From a virus: a DNA stretch of 64,000 nt. This document shows, piece by piece, positions 10,601-19,825 of the stretch. Under the pieces are notes generated by a model. It worked only from the letters and a program-made list of their open reading frames with translations, did no database searches and was not told the origin of the DNA. The stretch spans positions 32,001 through 96,000 of IMG/VR virus record IMGVR_UViG_3300020391_000003; one strand, 5' to 3'. How positions within the stretch are numbered: position 1 is the stretch's first letter; each line of letters begins with the position of its first letter. A program made the translations under genes and the position numbers.

Positions 10601-13600
10601 AAGCTGCATAAGCACACTAGCCAAAGAAGCTCCTATTTCCTCCGCCACTTTTCTTTCTGCTTCAGCTTTCTTTTCAACTGCATCCTTAGAGTCAATCAGT
10701 GCCATAGCAAAACCCCCTAATCCTCCGACAGCAGCACCTATTGCTGTACCAAGTGGTCCAAACATCATGCCCATAGATGCCCCAGTTGCAACCCCGTTTA
10801 ATGCCCCACCAGCAGCATTTCCTACAGTTCCTCCTATAGAATCTTGCATAAATCCTGCTGCCATAGGAAGACCCATCATCATTGCCATTTGAACTCCAGA
10901 GCTTCCCATTGCTCGTCCCATAGTTGTTCCACCAAATCTTGTATTTTGCCTTGAATAAGCAGCCCCCAATCCCCCTAATACGCCACCAACACCACCACCA
11001 CTCTTTGCAAATGCTTGTTGTGCAGCCAATTGTGACTCTTGCTGTTCGTAACCTAATTGTTTTAAGGCGTGAATAGTTTCTTCTTTAGTGTATTTCAATT
11101 GCCTCATAGACTCGGCAGATTCAAGCTTATCGAAATTCAATTGATTTTTATTGTGCTGATGCACTTGCATCATCCTAGTGCGGTCATTTTTTTGAACGCT
11201 CTTCATGTCTTTCATTGATTGGACTCTCTTTTGCTTTTCGATATCCAAAACAGCTTGAGACTCTCCCCTCCAAAGCTTTATCAAGCTTTCGATGACCCCT
11301 AAACCTGACAAAGAGTAATTTGGCACATATCCATTTGCTCCAAATACATCACGCAATCCATTTGGTTCGTCGGTAGTATTTGTAACTCCCAAGCCTAATG
11401 GATTTCCTTTGTTCATTAAAGCTTGGTGAGAGCCAACGCGAATTTGAGAAACAGGAACGCCAGCGCCTTTTTCGCGATTAATTGCATTGCTTAATGGATC
11501 GGCAAAGTTGGGAATATATCCATCTGCAGCTCTCCTGATGCCTCCCCCCGTTCTTGGTTTTGTTTTAAGAAATGACTCATATACGCTGCTTGGTGTTGAT
11601 TTAGAAATATAATTTAATATTTTTTTTGGAATTCCTCCAGTTTTTGCTGCAGCCAATGTATATTTTGCCTCAAGAGCATCCTTAGGGCTGCCGAAAAATC
11701 GTGATAAAACACTAGCATCTTGCCCCCTAAAATCAAAAGATTCTTGCGTATTTGGTTCGAGTCTATCCCCAATCGCAGTTCTCATTGCTGCTTCATATAA
11801 GTTTCCAATGGTTCCATTATCAACATGACTCATGACATTCGCGCTTGTAAAATTCGGCTTATCTACATCCTTAAATATATGTTTATGCATTCCTTTTGCA
11901 AATTCAGTCAGGCCCTCCTTAATCACGCCAGAAATTTGAGTTCTAGCAACTTCGTCAGACTTGCCAGCATCAATCTTTTTGATGTCGTTTTCATCAACTG
12001 GACTTATAGTATAGGTTGGCAGGGTCGCCCTTAACGTCTTACCTTTTAAGTCAGGTATTTTGAGACCAAGACGCATAGCAAGTGTCGCCTTAGCCTTTTT
12101 CGACTGTATGTCTGATATGGGTTGTGAGTATGTTTCATTTTCTGCGTTTTTGGTAGGTTTTCCCACTCCTAAAACAACCCCCATTCGGTTCATACTACCT
12201 GCAAAATATGTACCTAAATCTACAGTTGGATTTCCCTGTTTGACCTTTTGAAAAGCCTTGAGCCCAGGCCTGTCCGCTTGCCTCAGATCTTGGATCGCAT
12301 ATTGCTCCCCCACAGGCGGCTTTTTGTTAAAGTTTGGAATAAATCCACTTCCTGCATACGGATCAAATCCATGAACACTTCCAAATGCTTGCTGATAATT
12401 TTTGCCTGCTTTACTAGACAGCGGAGGCATAATTGCAGGCTGTTTCATACCCGCAAAATTTTTAACTTTTTCTGCGCTGTTATAAATAACCGAGCCCTGG
12501 CCAGGCATGCTCATCTCTCTAATGTTTCCTGCTGCATATCCTCCTTTTGCGGCTTGTTCGCGTTCTGCAAAGTTTGGAATGTGTCCGTCTGCTCGTCCTC
12601 TTCTTGGTGCCAAATTGGCTCCAAATCCTTGACGATATAAAGTAGACGCAGCTTGTTTGCTTACTGCATTTAAAACATTTGCTTCAGCAACCTGTGCCTT
12701 TAGTAAAGCTAATATAATTTTTTCTTTTTCTGTTCTAGATATATCAGTTCGCAACATTTCTTTGCTTAATGCTGCGTTTTGTCCAAACAAATTAACCAAA
12801 GAAGTTTGTATAGCTTTTTGTTTTTGCGCTTCTGTGGTTACGCCAATCAATGAACTCAAACTTTCTCTAGCATATTGAGCTGCTTTTAGAAATAGTTTAC
12901 CAAATACAGCAACAATAACAACCAATCCTGGCCCAGTAATAATATTACCCAGACCTTTTAAAAATCCGTTTGCAAATTTACCTCCAGCACTTTCTCCGTC
13001 TCCTAATAAATTGTTTGCTCCTTCTGCAACACTTTTAACCACATTGAGAATTTTTTCCATTCCTGGAGCTAATGCAATTTCACCAATTTTTGCGCTTGCT
13101 TCTTTGATTGCCAAACCAGTCTCGGTGGCCATTGCAGCCATAGTTTGTCTTAATTGTTCGTTTTTGGTGATAGCTTCATCTGTTGCGCCAGCAGAAATTT
13201 GTGTTGCATTTGCCAAAATACCATTTTGCTTTGCGGCATCGCCCAGCACAGCCTTTAAAACGTTGATTTGAAATACGCCACCAACGGTTTGCGCAATTTG
13301 AGCTTTTTGCGCCTCAGTTAAACTATCAAATGTATTTGCAAGATCAGTCAAAATTCTTTTTGCGCCCAAAGTATTACCTTCAATGTCTCTTACTGCAATT
13401 CCTAAATTTTCTAATTGATTTAAAGTATCTGTTCTTCCTATACGAGTAAAAATTGTTTTAAATGAGTTACCAATAACCTTACCACCTCGAGCAGTTTGTT
13501 GTTGAGCGGCAGTAACCAAGCCAATCAGTTCATCAATATCCACTCCAGCTCCTCTTGCAGCTGCACCAGTACGAGCAATAGCATCAGCGAAATCTTCTGC

Positions 13601-14209
13601 ACTAACAGCAAATTTAACATCTACAGCAGCAAATTTACTTACAAGTTGAGTAGTGTCTTTGATTTGATTACCATATGTATTCATAGCTGCCGTCAAAGAT
13701 TTAACAGCATTCGCAGAATCCATGCCAGTCAAACGAGTTAGAATCAAAGCATCTTTCGTACGCTTCAAAGATTCTTCCATACTTAAACCTTGACGAGCAT
13801 ATTCTGTTGCTGCATCAGCTGCAATTTTAAATGCTTGTCCAGTTTCTTTTGCTACCGTAAAAAGTCCGTCGCCAAATTTTTCTAGATTTTGAGCGCTCAA
13901 ACCCATCACAACATTGATGTCAGCCAATGCTTTTTCAACCTCCACGACATTTCTAACCATTCCCTTGAACGCATCAGCAACTCCATTGATAATTGCCATA
14001 CTTGCTCCGAATGCGATAATACGAGCATTAGCAGCTTCCATTGACTTGCTAAACTCGTCTGCACTTCGACGCATATTTCCAAGAGGCTGAGTGGCTCCCT
14101 TGTCATCCACAGTAATTTTAATTGGCCTGCGACGAATTCTGTTTACAGCTGACTGAACCGCTGCTTCAAGCGGCTGAGTATTACCGAGTACATCTACATT
14201 AATAGCCAT
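7601..14209 (-). CDS. Tape measure protein (TP901-type N-terminal domain, lambda gpH-like C-terminus)
   Basis: 2202 aa, Ala/Gly-rich helical; ATEYARQGLS, FAAVDVKFAVSAEDFADAI, IGNSFKTIFTRI; C-terminal AMLSEGEYVI...EEKRPGGLL. Confidence 0.92.
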   Translation of the reverse strand: MAINVDVLGNTQPLEAAVQSAVNRIRRRPIKITVDDKGATQPLGNMRRSADEFSKSMEAANARIIAFGASMAIINGVADAFKGMVRNVVEVEKALADINVVMGLSAQNLEKFGDGLFTVAKETGQAFKIAADAATEYARQGLSMEESLKRTKDALILTRLTGMDSANAVKSLTAAMNTYGNQIKDTTQLVSKFAAVDVKFAVSAEDFADAIARTGAAARGAGVDIDELIGLVTAAQQQTARGGKVIGNSFKTIFTRIGRTDTLNQLENLGIAVRDIEGNTLGAKRILTDLANTFDSLTEAQKAQIAQTVGGVFQINVLKAVLGDAAKQNGILANATQISAGATDEAITKNEQLRQTMAAMATETGLAIKEASAKIGEIALAPGMEKILNVVKSVAEGANNLLGDGESAGGKFANGFLKGLGNIITGPGLVVIVAVFGKLFLKAAQYARESLSSLIGVTTEAQKQKAIQTSLVNLFGQNAALSKEMLRTDISRTEKEKIILALLKAQVAEANVLNAVSKQAASTLYRQGFGANLAPRRGRADGHIPNFAEREQAAKGGYAAGNIREMSMPGQGSVIYNSAEKVKNFAGMKQPAIMPPLSSKAGKNYQQAFGSVHGFDPYAGSGFIPNFNKKPPVGEQYAIQDLRQADRPGLKAFQKVKQGNPTVDLGTYFAGSMNRMGVVLGVGKPTKNAENETYSQPISDIQSKKAKATLAMRLGLKIPDLKGKTLRATLPTYTISPVDENDIKKIDAGKSDEVARTQISGVIKEGLTEFAKGMHKHIFKDVDKPNFTSANVMSHVDNGTIGNLYEAAMRTAIGDRLEPNTQESFDFRGQDASVLSRFFGSPKDALEAKYTLAAAKTGGIPKKILNYISKSTPSSVYESFLKTKPRTGGGIRRAADGYIPNFADPLSNAINREKGAGVPVSQIRVGSHQALMNKGNPLGLGVTNTTDEPNGLRDVFGANGYVPNYSLSGLGVIESLIKLWRGESQAVLDIEKQKRVQSMKDMKSVQKNDRTRMMQVHQHNKNQLNFDKLESAESMRQLKYTKEETIHALKQLGYEQQESQLAAQQAFAKSGGGVGGVLGGLGAAYSRQNTRFGGTTMGRAMGSSGVQMAMMMGLPMAAGFMQDSIGGTVGNAAGGALNGVATGASMGMMFGPLGTAIGAAVGGLGGFAMALIDSKDAVEKKAEAERKVAEEIGASLASVLMQLPGAKDKLENFSQRFSVQFADLEEAKANKMKPARGGPTIDYKEVAKAADLTNKLGSDVKSNIGDVLKTLPDDFIFSAKKFEENEDGDRVAVDFEGTGKEYAKEFSKSTQDERIQMFESLRKTMKREDDKILAEKKKEARGVIIQLDLQKTQIMAQQAAAMKQLEIKDRYSEISDNLKNQVKLAGSLATDQFKAQNKYLQALNKAEQAYAKSAETADSQLRMGILSGIRKDQSIQSVFKTSLGLEDGDSFQDITDKVGSLSGEELKGKLQDIATNNKTEGPIREAILQFLDLEIIKRDNILNLAEKQKTSSESQAEREKNINMILADRKTILDDLKRADRMADEDTRSAQKIRGFNDSVAKARRLTAVGAGFQSAEDKERFKILEKEFELESKLATLEENKANNIRDLEIKRAEINQKVDQEELKNLRQKKDMGVFGEGSRLLVISDDEIAELNRLEQLEAERIKNLEEIEKKINNANNEHKKEIESLNTILALEKERLKQDRLERTGTGSFGRGFDKGMSSMKERIEYMDYELGQNIPGKLADGLATAMTEAANGAKSIGDALEDAALNFLSYMQQAMMQKLAMQAVGALGFSQGGGVKKYSSGGNVPAMVTNGEYVMGREAVKKYGGGFMHSLNARGKIPNYSMGGDTMQEYGMGKIPKYTMGGDTMQEYGMGKIPKYTMGGDTMQEYGMGKIPKYTMGGDTMQEYGMGKIPYMSRGGEPGSALAANFGGGESFISGRNYQSRAMSGFFYSGLAENVGLQEDAQEFKGILQKREEERRRREMERQAKKAKRRKILGMIGSIATSYVLGSVFSGGDAGGKMGLGADTITRMPEEAFNFQAPTEFDSMVNRLGFNPYSQSRGGKINKYAAGGMIYGKSGIDQIPAMLSEGEYVIKASSARQMGKPMLDKINAGKFYEGGSVSPEVQKEESSVSGGQTNNISINIKMDASGNRQESSQNQQDSGGNMKEENQGGELGKKIKDAVVGVIIEEKRPGGLLSEVQ
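8466..8671 (-). repeat. 54-bp in-frame tandem repeat, about 3.8 copies, in the tape measure gene
   Basis: Units start at 8466, 8520, 8574, 8628; encode YTMGGDTMQEYGMGKIPK; near-identical (2 mismatches in one copy). Confidence 0.95.
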
Positions 14210-14248
14210 TTTTACCTTATTCCTGTGATAAGGTATAATACACCAAAA

Positions 14249-15235
14249 TTATCCTACGCCATGCAATTTCATTAAATCTTCCATATTTAAAGTGCCACCC
14301 TTTTTCTTGGCTTCTTCATGAAGACTAATTGCATTTGTTGGTTTTTCAACTCCTAGGTAATCATAATCTTCTTGTTTTGCGCCAACCAATGTACCACCAT
14401 CTCCCTGAGTAAGTTTATCTTTGGCCTTATCTTTTTCTTCTTTTGAGCTGCTGCCAAATTCTAAAAGCTTGGCTGGATCTTTGCGAATACTTTCGGGTAT
14501 ATTTTCATTCATATCAAATATATTCTTAAATACCCTAGTATAAACAATTAATCTAATTTGATTGTATGTTAAATCACAAAATGCTTTGCCATAAAATTGC
14601 ATACTATCTTCAGCAAAACTTAAATATGGATTGTAAAAATCTTCTAGTATTGTATATTGTATACTTTCTTCGCTAAATCCTTCAAATATTTCATTGTATT
14701 TATATACTACTTTCTTTATATCATGATTATCAAGCTCATCAAATTTATCTTGATTAAATAATGGTTCTTGTAATTTATCATCAGCAAAAAAACTTTTAAT
14801 CATATAAAAATCATTTAATCTATCTTTTGCATATTTTTCGCAAGTATTTCCAATCAAGCCAATTTTTTGTATTTGTTTGTCGTCCAAAAGTTTTTGTTCT
14901 TTATCAATCAACGCAGCCTGCTTGTCTATTTCTCTTTTTAAAACAAGCTTGGTTTTGGCTTTTCGCAGGTTCTCTAAAAATAATTCTTTATCTTTAATAA
15001 ATTTTTCGTCTTTATCAGTCCATTGTCCCTCATCTTTTAGATATGTTAACATATCTTCTTCTGTTGGCACACCTTTTCGCAAAGCAATATTGAAATATTT
15101 TTCTTCTATCTCCTCAAGTTCTACTTGATCATGAGGAGTCAAGTGTTTGATGTATACGAAATCTTCTTCTAGTGTGGTAGTAGAAAATCCGCGAACTACA
15201 TCTCTAAATATTTTTCTTCGCTTAACAGTTTCCAC
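14249..15235 (-). CDS. Putative tail assembly chaperone (T-like)
   Basis: Helical, charged, directly upstream of tape measure gene; assigned by position. Confidence 0.5.
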   Translation of the reverse strand: METVKRRKIFRDVVRGFSTTTLEEDFVYIKHLTPHDQVELEEIEEKYFNIALRKGVPTEEDMLTYLKDEGQWTDKDEKFIKDKELFLENLRKAKTKLVLKREIDKQAALIDKEQKLLDDKQIQKIGLIGNTCEKYAKDRLNDFYMIKSFFADDKLQEPLFNQDKFDELDNHDIKKVVYKYNEIFEGFSEESIQYTILEDFYNPYLSFAEDSMQFYGKAFCDLTYNQIRLIVYTRVFKNIFDMNENIPESIRKDPAKLLEFGSSSKEEKDKAKDKLTQGDGGTLVGAKQEDYDYLGVEKPTNAISLHEEAKKKGGTLNMEDLMKLHGVG

Positions 15236-15238
15236 ATA

Positions 15239-16057
15239 TTATACCTTTCCTTCTTCTATGTCACTGTCAAGTTTTTCAAAGTCTGCTTTAGAAACCGCAC
15301 CAGAACTGTAGTACCAAAAACTATACAAAGCGGCAACCTTTCCGCCAATTAAATCGTAAATAACATCTCCGTCTTCTTCAAGTTCATAATATCTATCAAG
15401 CTTTTGTTCAAAGCTATTACCCTCAAACAAAGGAGACATCTTATCTTCATCTTCTTTTTGAATAAAAGTTAAATACAATATATACCATTGAATAACTCTA
15501 TTTTCTGCTCTAACATCTGCAGTATGATTAAATAAATTAGAATATGAAGTTTCAACATTAACAATATCTTTTCTTAAAACAGAAATTTCGCCTGCAATTT
15601 CTTCGATTCGTTTTTTGTCTTTTTCAGACTGCTTGTTTTTGATTTGAATTTTTTCGCTTTCCTGAGACAGTTCTCCATATCTGACATACATTTTTGTCAA
15701 TTCTTTTGCATCATCTTCGGCCATCAAGCCTCCAGTATCACTATATTTCTTAGCAAGCATGGCTTTTGTTAAAATACCTTTCTTTATGCAGTTACTCATT
15801 TCTACGCTAAACTCTAGTTCTGCGTCTTCAATTTGCCTGCGAGTAGGCTGCTTCATAATCACTCTATATGGAACTTCTTCTGTGACCTCCTTGGTTACAG
15901 AAACTTCCTCCATTTGTTTTGTTTCTGGATTTTCCAGACTTTGCGTTTCTGTGCGTTTAACTTTTTCTTCTTTTTCAAAAGTAAAGCTGTAAATTTCTCG
16001 AAGTTTCTTTCGAGTATCATCCATTGTTTCTGTTTTTTCTGCGACTGCTTCTGCCAT
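15239..16057 (-). CDS. Putative tail assembly chaperone (G-like)
   Basis: Acidic helical protein (KQPTRRQIEDAELEF) preceding the second chaperone and tape measure; assigned by position. Confidence 0.5.
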   Translation of the reverse strand: MAEAVAEKTETMDDTRKKLREIYSFTFEKEEKVKRTETQSLENPETKQMEEVSVTKEVTEEVPYRVIMKQPTRRQIEDAELEFSVEMSNCIKKGILTKAMLAKKYSDTGGLMAEDDAKELTKMYVRYGELSQESEKIQIKNKQSEKDKKRIEEIAGEISVLRKDIVNVETSYSNLFNHTADVRAENRVIQWYILYLTFIQKEDEDKMSPLFEGNSFEQKLDRYYELEEDGDVIYDLIGGKVAALYSFWYYSSGAVSKADFEKLDSDIEEGKV

Positions 16058-16065
16058 AATAATTT

Positions 16066-16353
16066 TTATTTAAATGTGAATCCTATAGTATAATTATCTA
16101 ATTCGCTTTCGATATTTCTAATTGTTTCGTTACCAATATCTAAAGTTCTTTTTCTAAGATATTGTAATTTATCCATATCAAAGTAATCAGCTTGATCGAT
16201 AATAGGCTCACAGCCTTCTGGTAGATTCTTTTTTAATTTATTGAATTGAATCTGATGCTCATTATGCAAGTCTTCAAGCATAACGAGGAAACCCTTAAAT
16301 AGGGAAACCGTACTCCTTTGACAGGACTTTTTGAAAATACCTTCTGCGTCCAT
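16066..16353 (-). CDS. Hypothetical protein
   Basis: Intact ORF heading the leftward tail operon, GTGTA motif upstream. Confidence 0.6.
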   Translation of the reverse strand: MDAEGIFKKSCQRSTVSLFKGFLVMLEDLHNEHQIQFNKLKKNLPEGCEPIIDQADYFDMDKLQYLRKRTLDIGNETIRNIESELDNYTIGFTFK

Positions 16354-16376
16354 AAACCTTATACCTAATAGTCATA

Positions 16377-16400
16377 TACACAAAAAAATTATTTAGTGTA
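16377..16400. promoter_or_regulatory. Back-to-back GTGTA motifs (putative divergent late promoters)
   Basis: TACAC 16377-16381 (minus) and GTGTA 16396-16400 (plus, 9 nt before ATG 16410). Confidence 0.55.
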
Positions 16401-16409
16401 AAACTATGC

Positions 16410-16871
16410 ATGGCAGAATTTTTATCATCTTCTGAAAGAGCTAGCATCGCATCCAATTTACTTGATCTTCATGATACATTTGGAAGAGATATTGTTGTAT
16501 ATAAAGAAGCGCAAAAAGTTATTATTAGTACAGACCCTAGTTACAACTATTTATATAACACTGCCAGCTCGGCAAATAAAACCATTGAAAATGCTCCAGT
16601 CAAAAAAGTATTTAAAGCAAGAATTAGATATGATACAGACCGTTCCTTAGAATACTTTGGAGATACTGATGCACAGGTCAAAGTTTCGAAACCAGATGCA
16701 AACAGTCTTGTTCGCATAAAATTAAAAGTTGAAGATTATTCTTATATTAGAGAGGCTAAAAGAGTTGAGCTAGATGGCAGAATGTTTCATGTAGAGTCTG
16801 ACCCCAGGGCACATGGACTATTTGATGTAATTCAATTTTATACTTTATATCTAAGACCTATCGAAGTTTAA
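16410..16871 (+). CDS. Putative head-tail adaptor/stopper protein
   Basis: Beta-rich, FKARIRY...RVELDGRMFHV pattern typical of head-closure proteins; position. Confidence 0.55.
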   Translation: MAEFLSSSERASIASNLLDLHDTFGRDIVVYKEAQKVIISTDPSYNYLYNTASSANKTIENAPVKKVFKARIRYDTDRSLEYFGDTDAQVKVSKPDANSLVRIKLKVEDYSYIREAKRVELDGRMFHVESDPRAHGLFDVIQFYTLYLRPIEV

Positions 16872-16874
16872 AAC

Positions 16875-17498
16875 ATGACAGCCCGCCTTTCCAGATCACT
16901 CAAAGCTTCTATCAAGAAACAACTTCAAAGAGATTCTCAAGTTATGGCTCAAACCAGAGCAATTATTCGTGGTCAGTTTGAAGTTTTACATAAAAAAATG
17001 ATGCAAGACTTTGAGGGTCATCCAGTTACAAGAGAATTAAAGTCTGGGCCAGGCTCTTCGAACATAAGCGGATCATTGCCAAGAGGAAATCTTTTTGGCT
17101 TTATTGGATTCGAAAGCGGAGATGATCCAACATCTCAAATAGAACAACTATTAAGCAGAACAGAAATTGTTTTAAAAAGACGCGCAATGGGATCGAATGG
17201 ATTTATATGGACTTATTTAGTTACAGCTCCTTCTCTTAGTCAACTTTATAAAGCGACGCCCATGCCTTGGGCAAACGGTCTTAGTTGGCTGCAAGAAATG
17301 GAGGGCAAAGGTATTCCTAATTTAGGTCAGTACATGTATAAAAGGTCTAGCGTTGGTAGATCAGGAGCAGGAATACAGAACACAAAATTATCAGGAGGAG
17401 GCAGAGTAAAAATAGATTATGTTAAATCTTTGTTGAATAAATTTGAATCTGATTTAAATTCAATAAACGCAGCAAGAGTTTCCAAAAAATATTTCTAA
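16875..17498 (+). CDS. Putative neck/tail-completion protein
   Basis: Position between adaptor and terminator; basic protein (HPVTRELKSG, GNLFGFIGF). Confidence 0.45.
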   Translation: MTARLSRSLKASIKKQLQRDSQVMAQTRAIIRGQFEVLHKKMMQDFEGHPVTRELKSGPGSSNISGSLPRGNLFGFIGFESGDDPTSQIEQLLSRTEIVLKRRAMGSNGFIWTYLVTAPSLSQLYKATPMPWANGLSWLQEMEGKGIPNLGQYMYKRSSVGRSGAGIQNTKLSGGGRVKIDYVKSLLNKFESDLNSINAARVSKKYF

Positions 17499-18346
17499 TG
17501 AAACCACAATTCCAACACGAACTCACAACAAGCTTTATGCTTTGGGCAGACAATTATATTGTTAGAAGAGCAGATGCTTTCACAAATTTCACCTCTACAT
17601 TTTACGCAAACGATACAGATGATAGACTTGATCCAACTTTAGTTGGATATAGCAGCCCTCACAAACAATGGGTATATGACTCCAGCATTGAAGGAGCAAA
17701 TGTTCCTAGCGGAGTTTATAATGATGGCACATTTTTAAGCAGAGGAGATAATGGTCTGCAGTTTGATTTTGACAATGGTCGCGCACTTTTTGATTCAAGC
17801 TTTGGAACAACAAATACAACAGTGAGTGGATCATATTCAGTTAAAGATTTTAATTTTTATATTACAAATCAAACAGAAGAACAATTAATTATAGACAGCA
17901 AATTTGATACAAATGGAAGATTTAAACAAGACGTATCAGGAATTGCTCCATATAAACAAGTTATTCCTGCAATTTTTGTGAACCCAGAACTTTCTGAAAA
18001 TGAACCATATGCATTTGGTGGAGAAGATAAAACTACAACAAATATTAGATGTGTTGTTTTTGCAGAAAATACTTTTCAATTAGATGGAGCATTGTCTGTA
18101 TTTGCAGATTCTAAAAATGAAGTATTTGCAAAATTAAATTTTGAAGATTATCCATTCAATGAATATGGAGATGTAACAGGATTTAATTACAGAGACTTTG
18201 TTTCTTGCAGAAGATATCCACTTGTTCATGTTGAAGAAGCAAGAGTTTCCAAGCTGAGCGACAGAGTAAGTAAAAATGTTGATCCTTCTTTGTTTGTCGG
18301 GTTCATTGACTTTGAAGTAACCAACACAAGATTCCCAAGGAAGTAA
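17498..18346 (+). CDS. Putative tail terminator protein
   Basis: Directly upstream of major tail protein; PAIFVNPE...EPYAFGG...IRCVVFAE pattern. Confidence 0.5.
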   Translation: MKPQFQHELTTSFMLWADNYIVRRADAFTNFTSTFYANDTDDRLDPTLVGYSSPHKQWVYDSSIEGANVPSGVYNDGTFLSRGDNGLQFDFDNGRALFDSSFGTTNTTVSGSYSVKDFNFYITNQTEEQLIIDSKFDTNGRFKQDVSGIAPYKQVIPAIFVNPELSENEPYAFGGEDKTTTNIRCVVFAENTFQLDGALSVFADSKNEVFAKLNFEDYPFNEYGDVTGFNYRDFVSCRRYPLVHVEEARVSKLSDRVSKNVDPSLFVGFIDFEVTNTRFPRK

Positions 18347-18406
18347 ACTTCCCTTTTTTACAGAAAAAATGTAACATAATCAGAAACCAACCTTATATAT
18401 AATATT

Positions 18407-19771
18407 ATGGCAAAAAAACTACCAGGACGCGCAAGAGTAATTTATCAAAGTGAAGCTCTTTATGTCGGCACGGTTGACGCAACAGGGTATCACTTCGCAG
18501 ATGGCGATGTTGGACAAAAAACCTCTGCTGGCGCATCTCAAACTGGCATTCAGCAACTTCGCAGGGTTCAAAGTGCAAACTACAGCTTCAGCATTAATCG
18601 TCAAGATGTCAATCAATTTGGCCAACTTGCGAGAATTGATTCTGTGTCTATTGAACCTCCCACAGTTACTCTTGATTATTCTTATTATTTAACAAACGGG
18701 TTAAATGAAAGATTGATGGGAATGAACGTTAGCGGCGACAATACTGCGCTTGCTAGCGAAATCATTGACGGAGTTGTGTGCGGAGAAGATATCAACGCAG
18801 GCGGCAAAAATTACTTTATATTAACGACCTGTGAAGGTCATGATGCAGTTGGAAACAAAGACGATGAAGAAGATAAAAGCGTTATTGCGCTTGGAAATGG
18901 CTTTGTTTCTAATTATTCTATTGAAGCAGCTGTTGGATCCATGCCAACTGCTAGTGTTACCGTTGACGGATTAAATTTAAGAAGTTATACAGGCACTCAA
19001 GATCTTGATATTCCTGCTGTAAATACAAATTTCGGTACGCCAATTAAAGATGTCCAATTTAGTCTTCCTCCAGCAGTTAGTGGAGTTCTTAATGACAGCA
19101 GCACAGCTTCGCTTGCAGATACAGATGAAGATGGCTGGGCATGTTTACGTCCTGGTGATATCACACTTTCTCTTGGTACAGATGGTAGAGCTTCAGAATT
19201 TGAATTGCTTCCTGGAGAAGATCCAAGAGGCGATGAGGGTTTTGGTCAAACAGTTGGAGGCAAAGAAATTGCAACTGGAGCTCTTGCTGAAGGCGTAAAT
19301 GACGATCCAAAAGAAGATTATACAGTTCCTGGTTCTGCTCATATTCAAAGTTTTAGTATCGACGTTCCATTGAGCCGCACAGTTCTTAATAGACTTGGCA
19401 CTCCATATGGATACAGTCGAGTTGTAGATTATCCAGTTAACATTTCTGTTTCGGTTAATGCTATTATGGCAGACCTCAAAGAAGGTAATATTGCAGATCT
19501 TCTGTGGAATACAGAAGAGCACGATTTGGTATTTACAATGAGAGAACCAAATCAATATGGAACTGGAGATGTAGCAATGCAATACATTGTTAAAGGCGCT
19601 CTTCTTGAAGGAGAAGCATTTAGCTCAAGTATTGGAGACAATAAATCTGTAGATGTTACATTTACAGCCCAAGTTGGCGGACCAGAAGATAAAGCAAGAG
19701 GACTTTATATTCTTGGATCTCGTAATGCTCATGCACCTGAAAAACTAGACGGTTGGTACGACGGAAAATAA
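18407..19771 (+). CDS. Major tail tube protein
   Basis: Acidic, Gly/Ser-rich; LRRVQSANYSFSINRQDVNQFGQ, EGEAFSSSIGDNKSV; followed by a strong terminator. Confidence 0.75.
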   Translation: MAKKLPGRARVIYQSEALYVGTVDATGYHFADGDVGQKTSAGASQTGIQQLRRVQSANYSFSINRQDVNQFGQLARIDSVSIEPPTVTLDYSYYLTNGLNERLMGMNVSGDNTALASEIIDGVVCGEDINAGGKNYFILTTCEGHDAVGNKDDEEDKSVIALGNGFVSNYSIEAAVGSMPTASVTVDGLNLRSYTGTQDLDIPAVNTNFGTPIKDVQFSLPPAVSGVLNDSSTASLADTDEDGWACLRPGDITLSLGTDGRASEFELLPGEDPRGDEGFGQTVGGKEIATGALAEGVNDDPKEDYTVPGSAHIQSFSIDVPLSRTVLNRLGTPYGYSRVVDYPVNISVSVNAIMADLKEGNIADLLWNTEEHDLVFTMREPNQYGTGDVAMQYIVKGALLEGEAFSSSIGDNKSVDVTFTAQVGGPEDKARGLYILGSRNAHAPEKLDGWYDGK

Positions 19772-19796
19772 TTCCCCCCCCCGACACCCTCCCACT

Positions 19797-19825
19797 AAAG
19801 CCCGCCTTTTTAGGCGGGCTTTTTA
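19797..19825. terminator. Bidirectional rho-independent terminator
   Basis: AAAGCCCGCCT-TTTT-AGGCGGGCTTT hairpin plus T-run between convergent genes. Confidence 0.85.

Noticed and set aside
8422-13741. Many plus-strand and alternate-frame ORFs over the tape measure gene
   Set aside because: Antisense shadows or repeat-derived frames with no recognisable motifs or promoters.
15245-15300. -1 frameshift site for a G-T chaperone fusion
   Set aside because: No canonical slippery heptamer, and the downstream gene is in frame 0.
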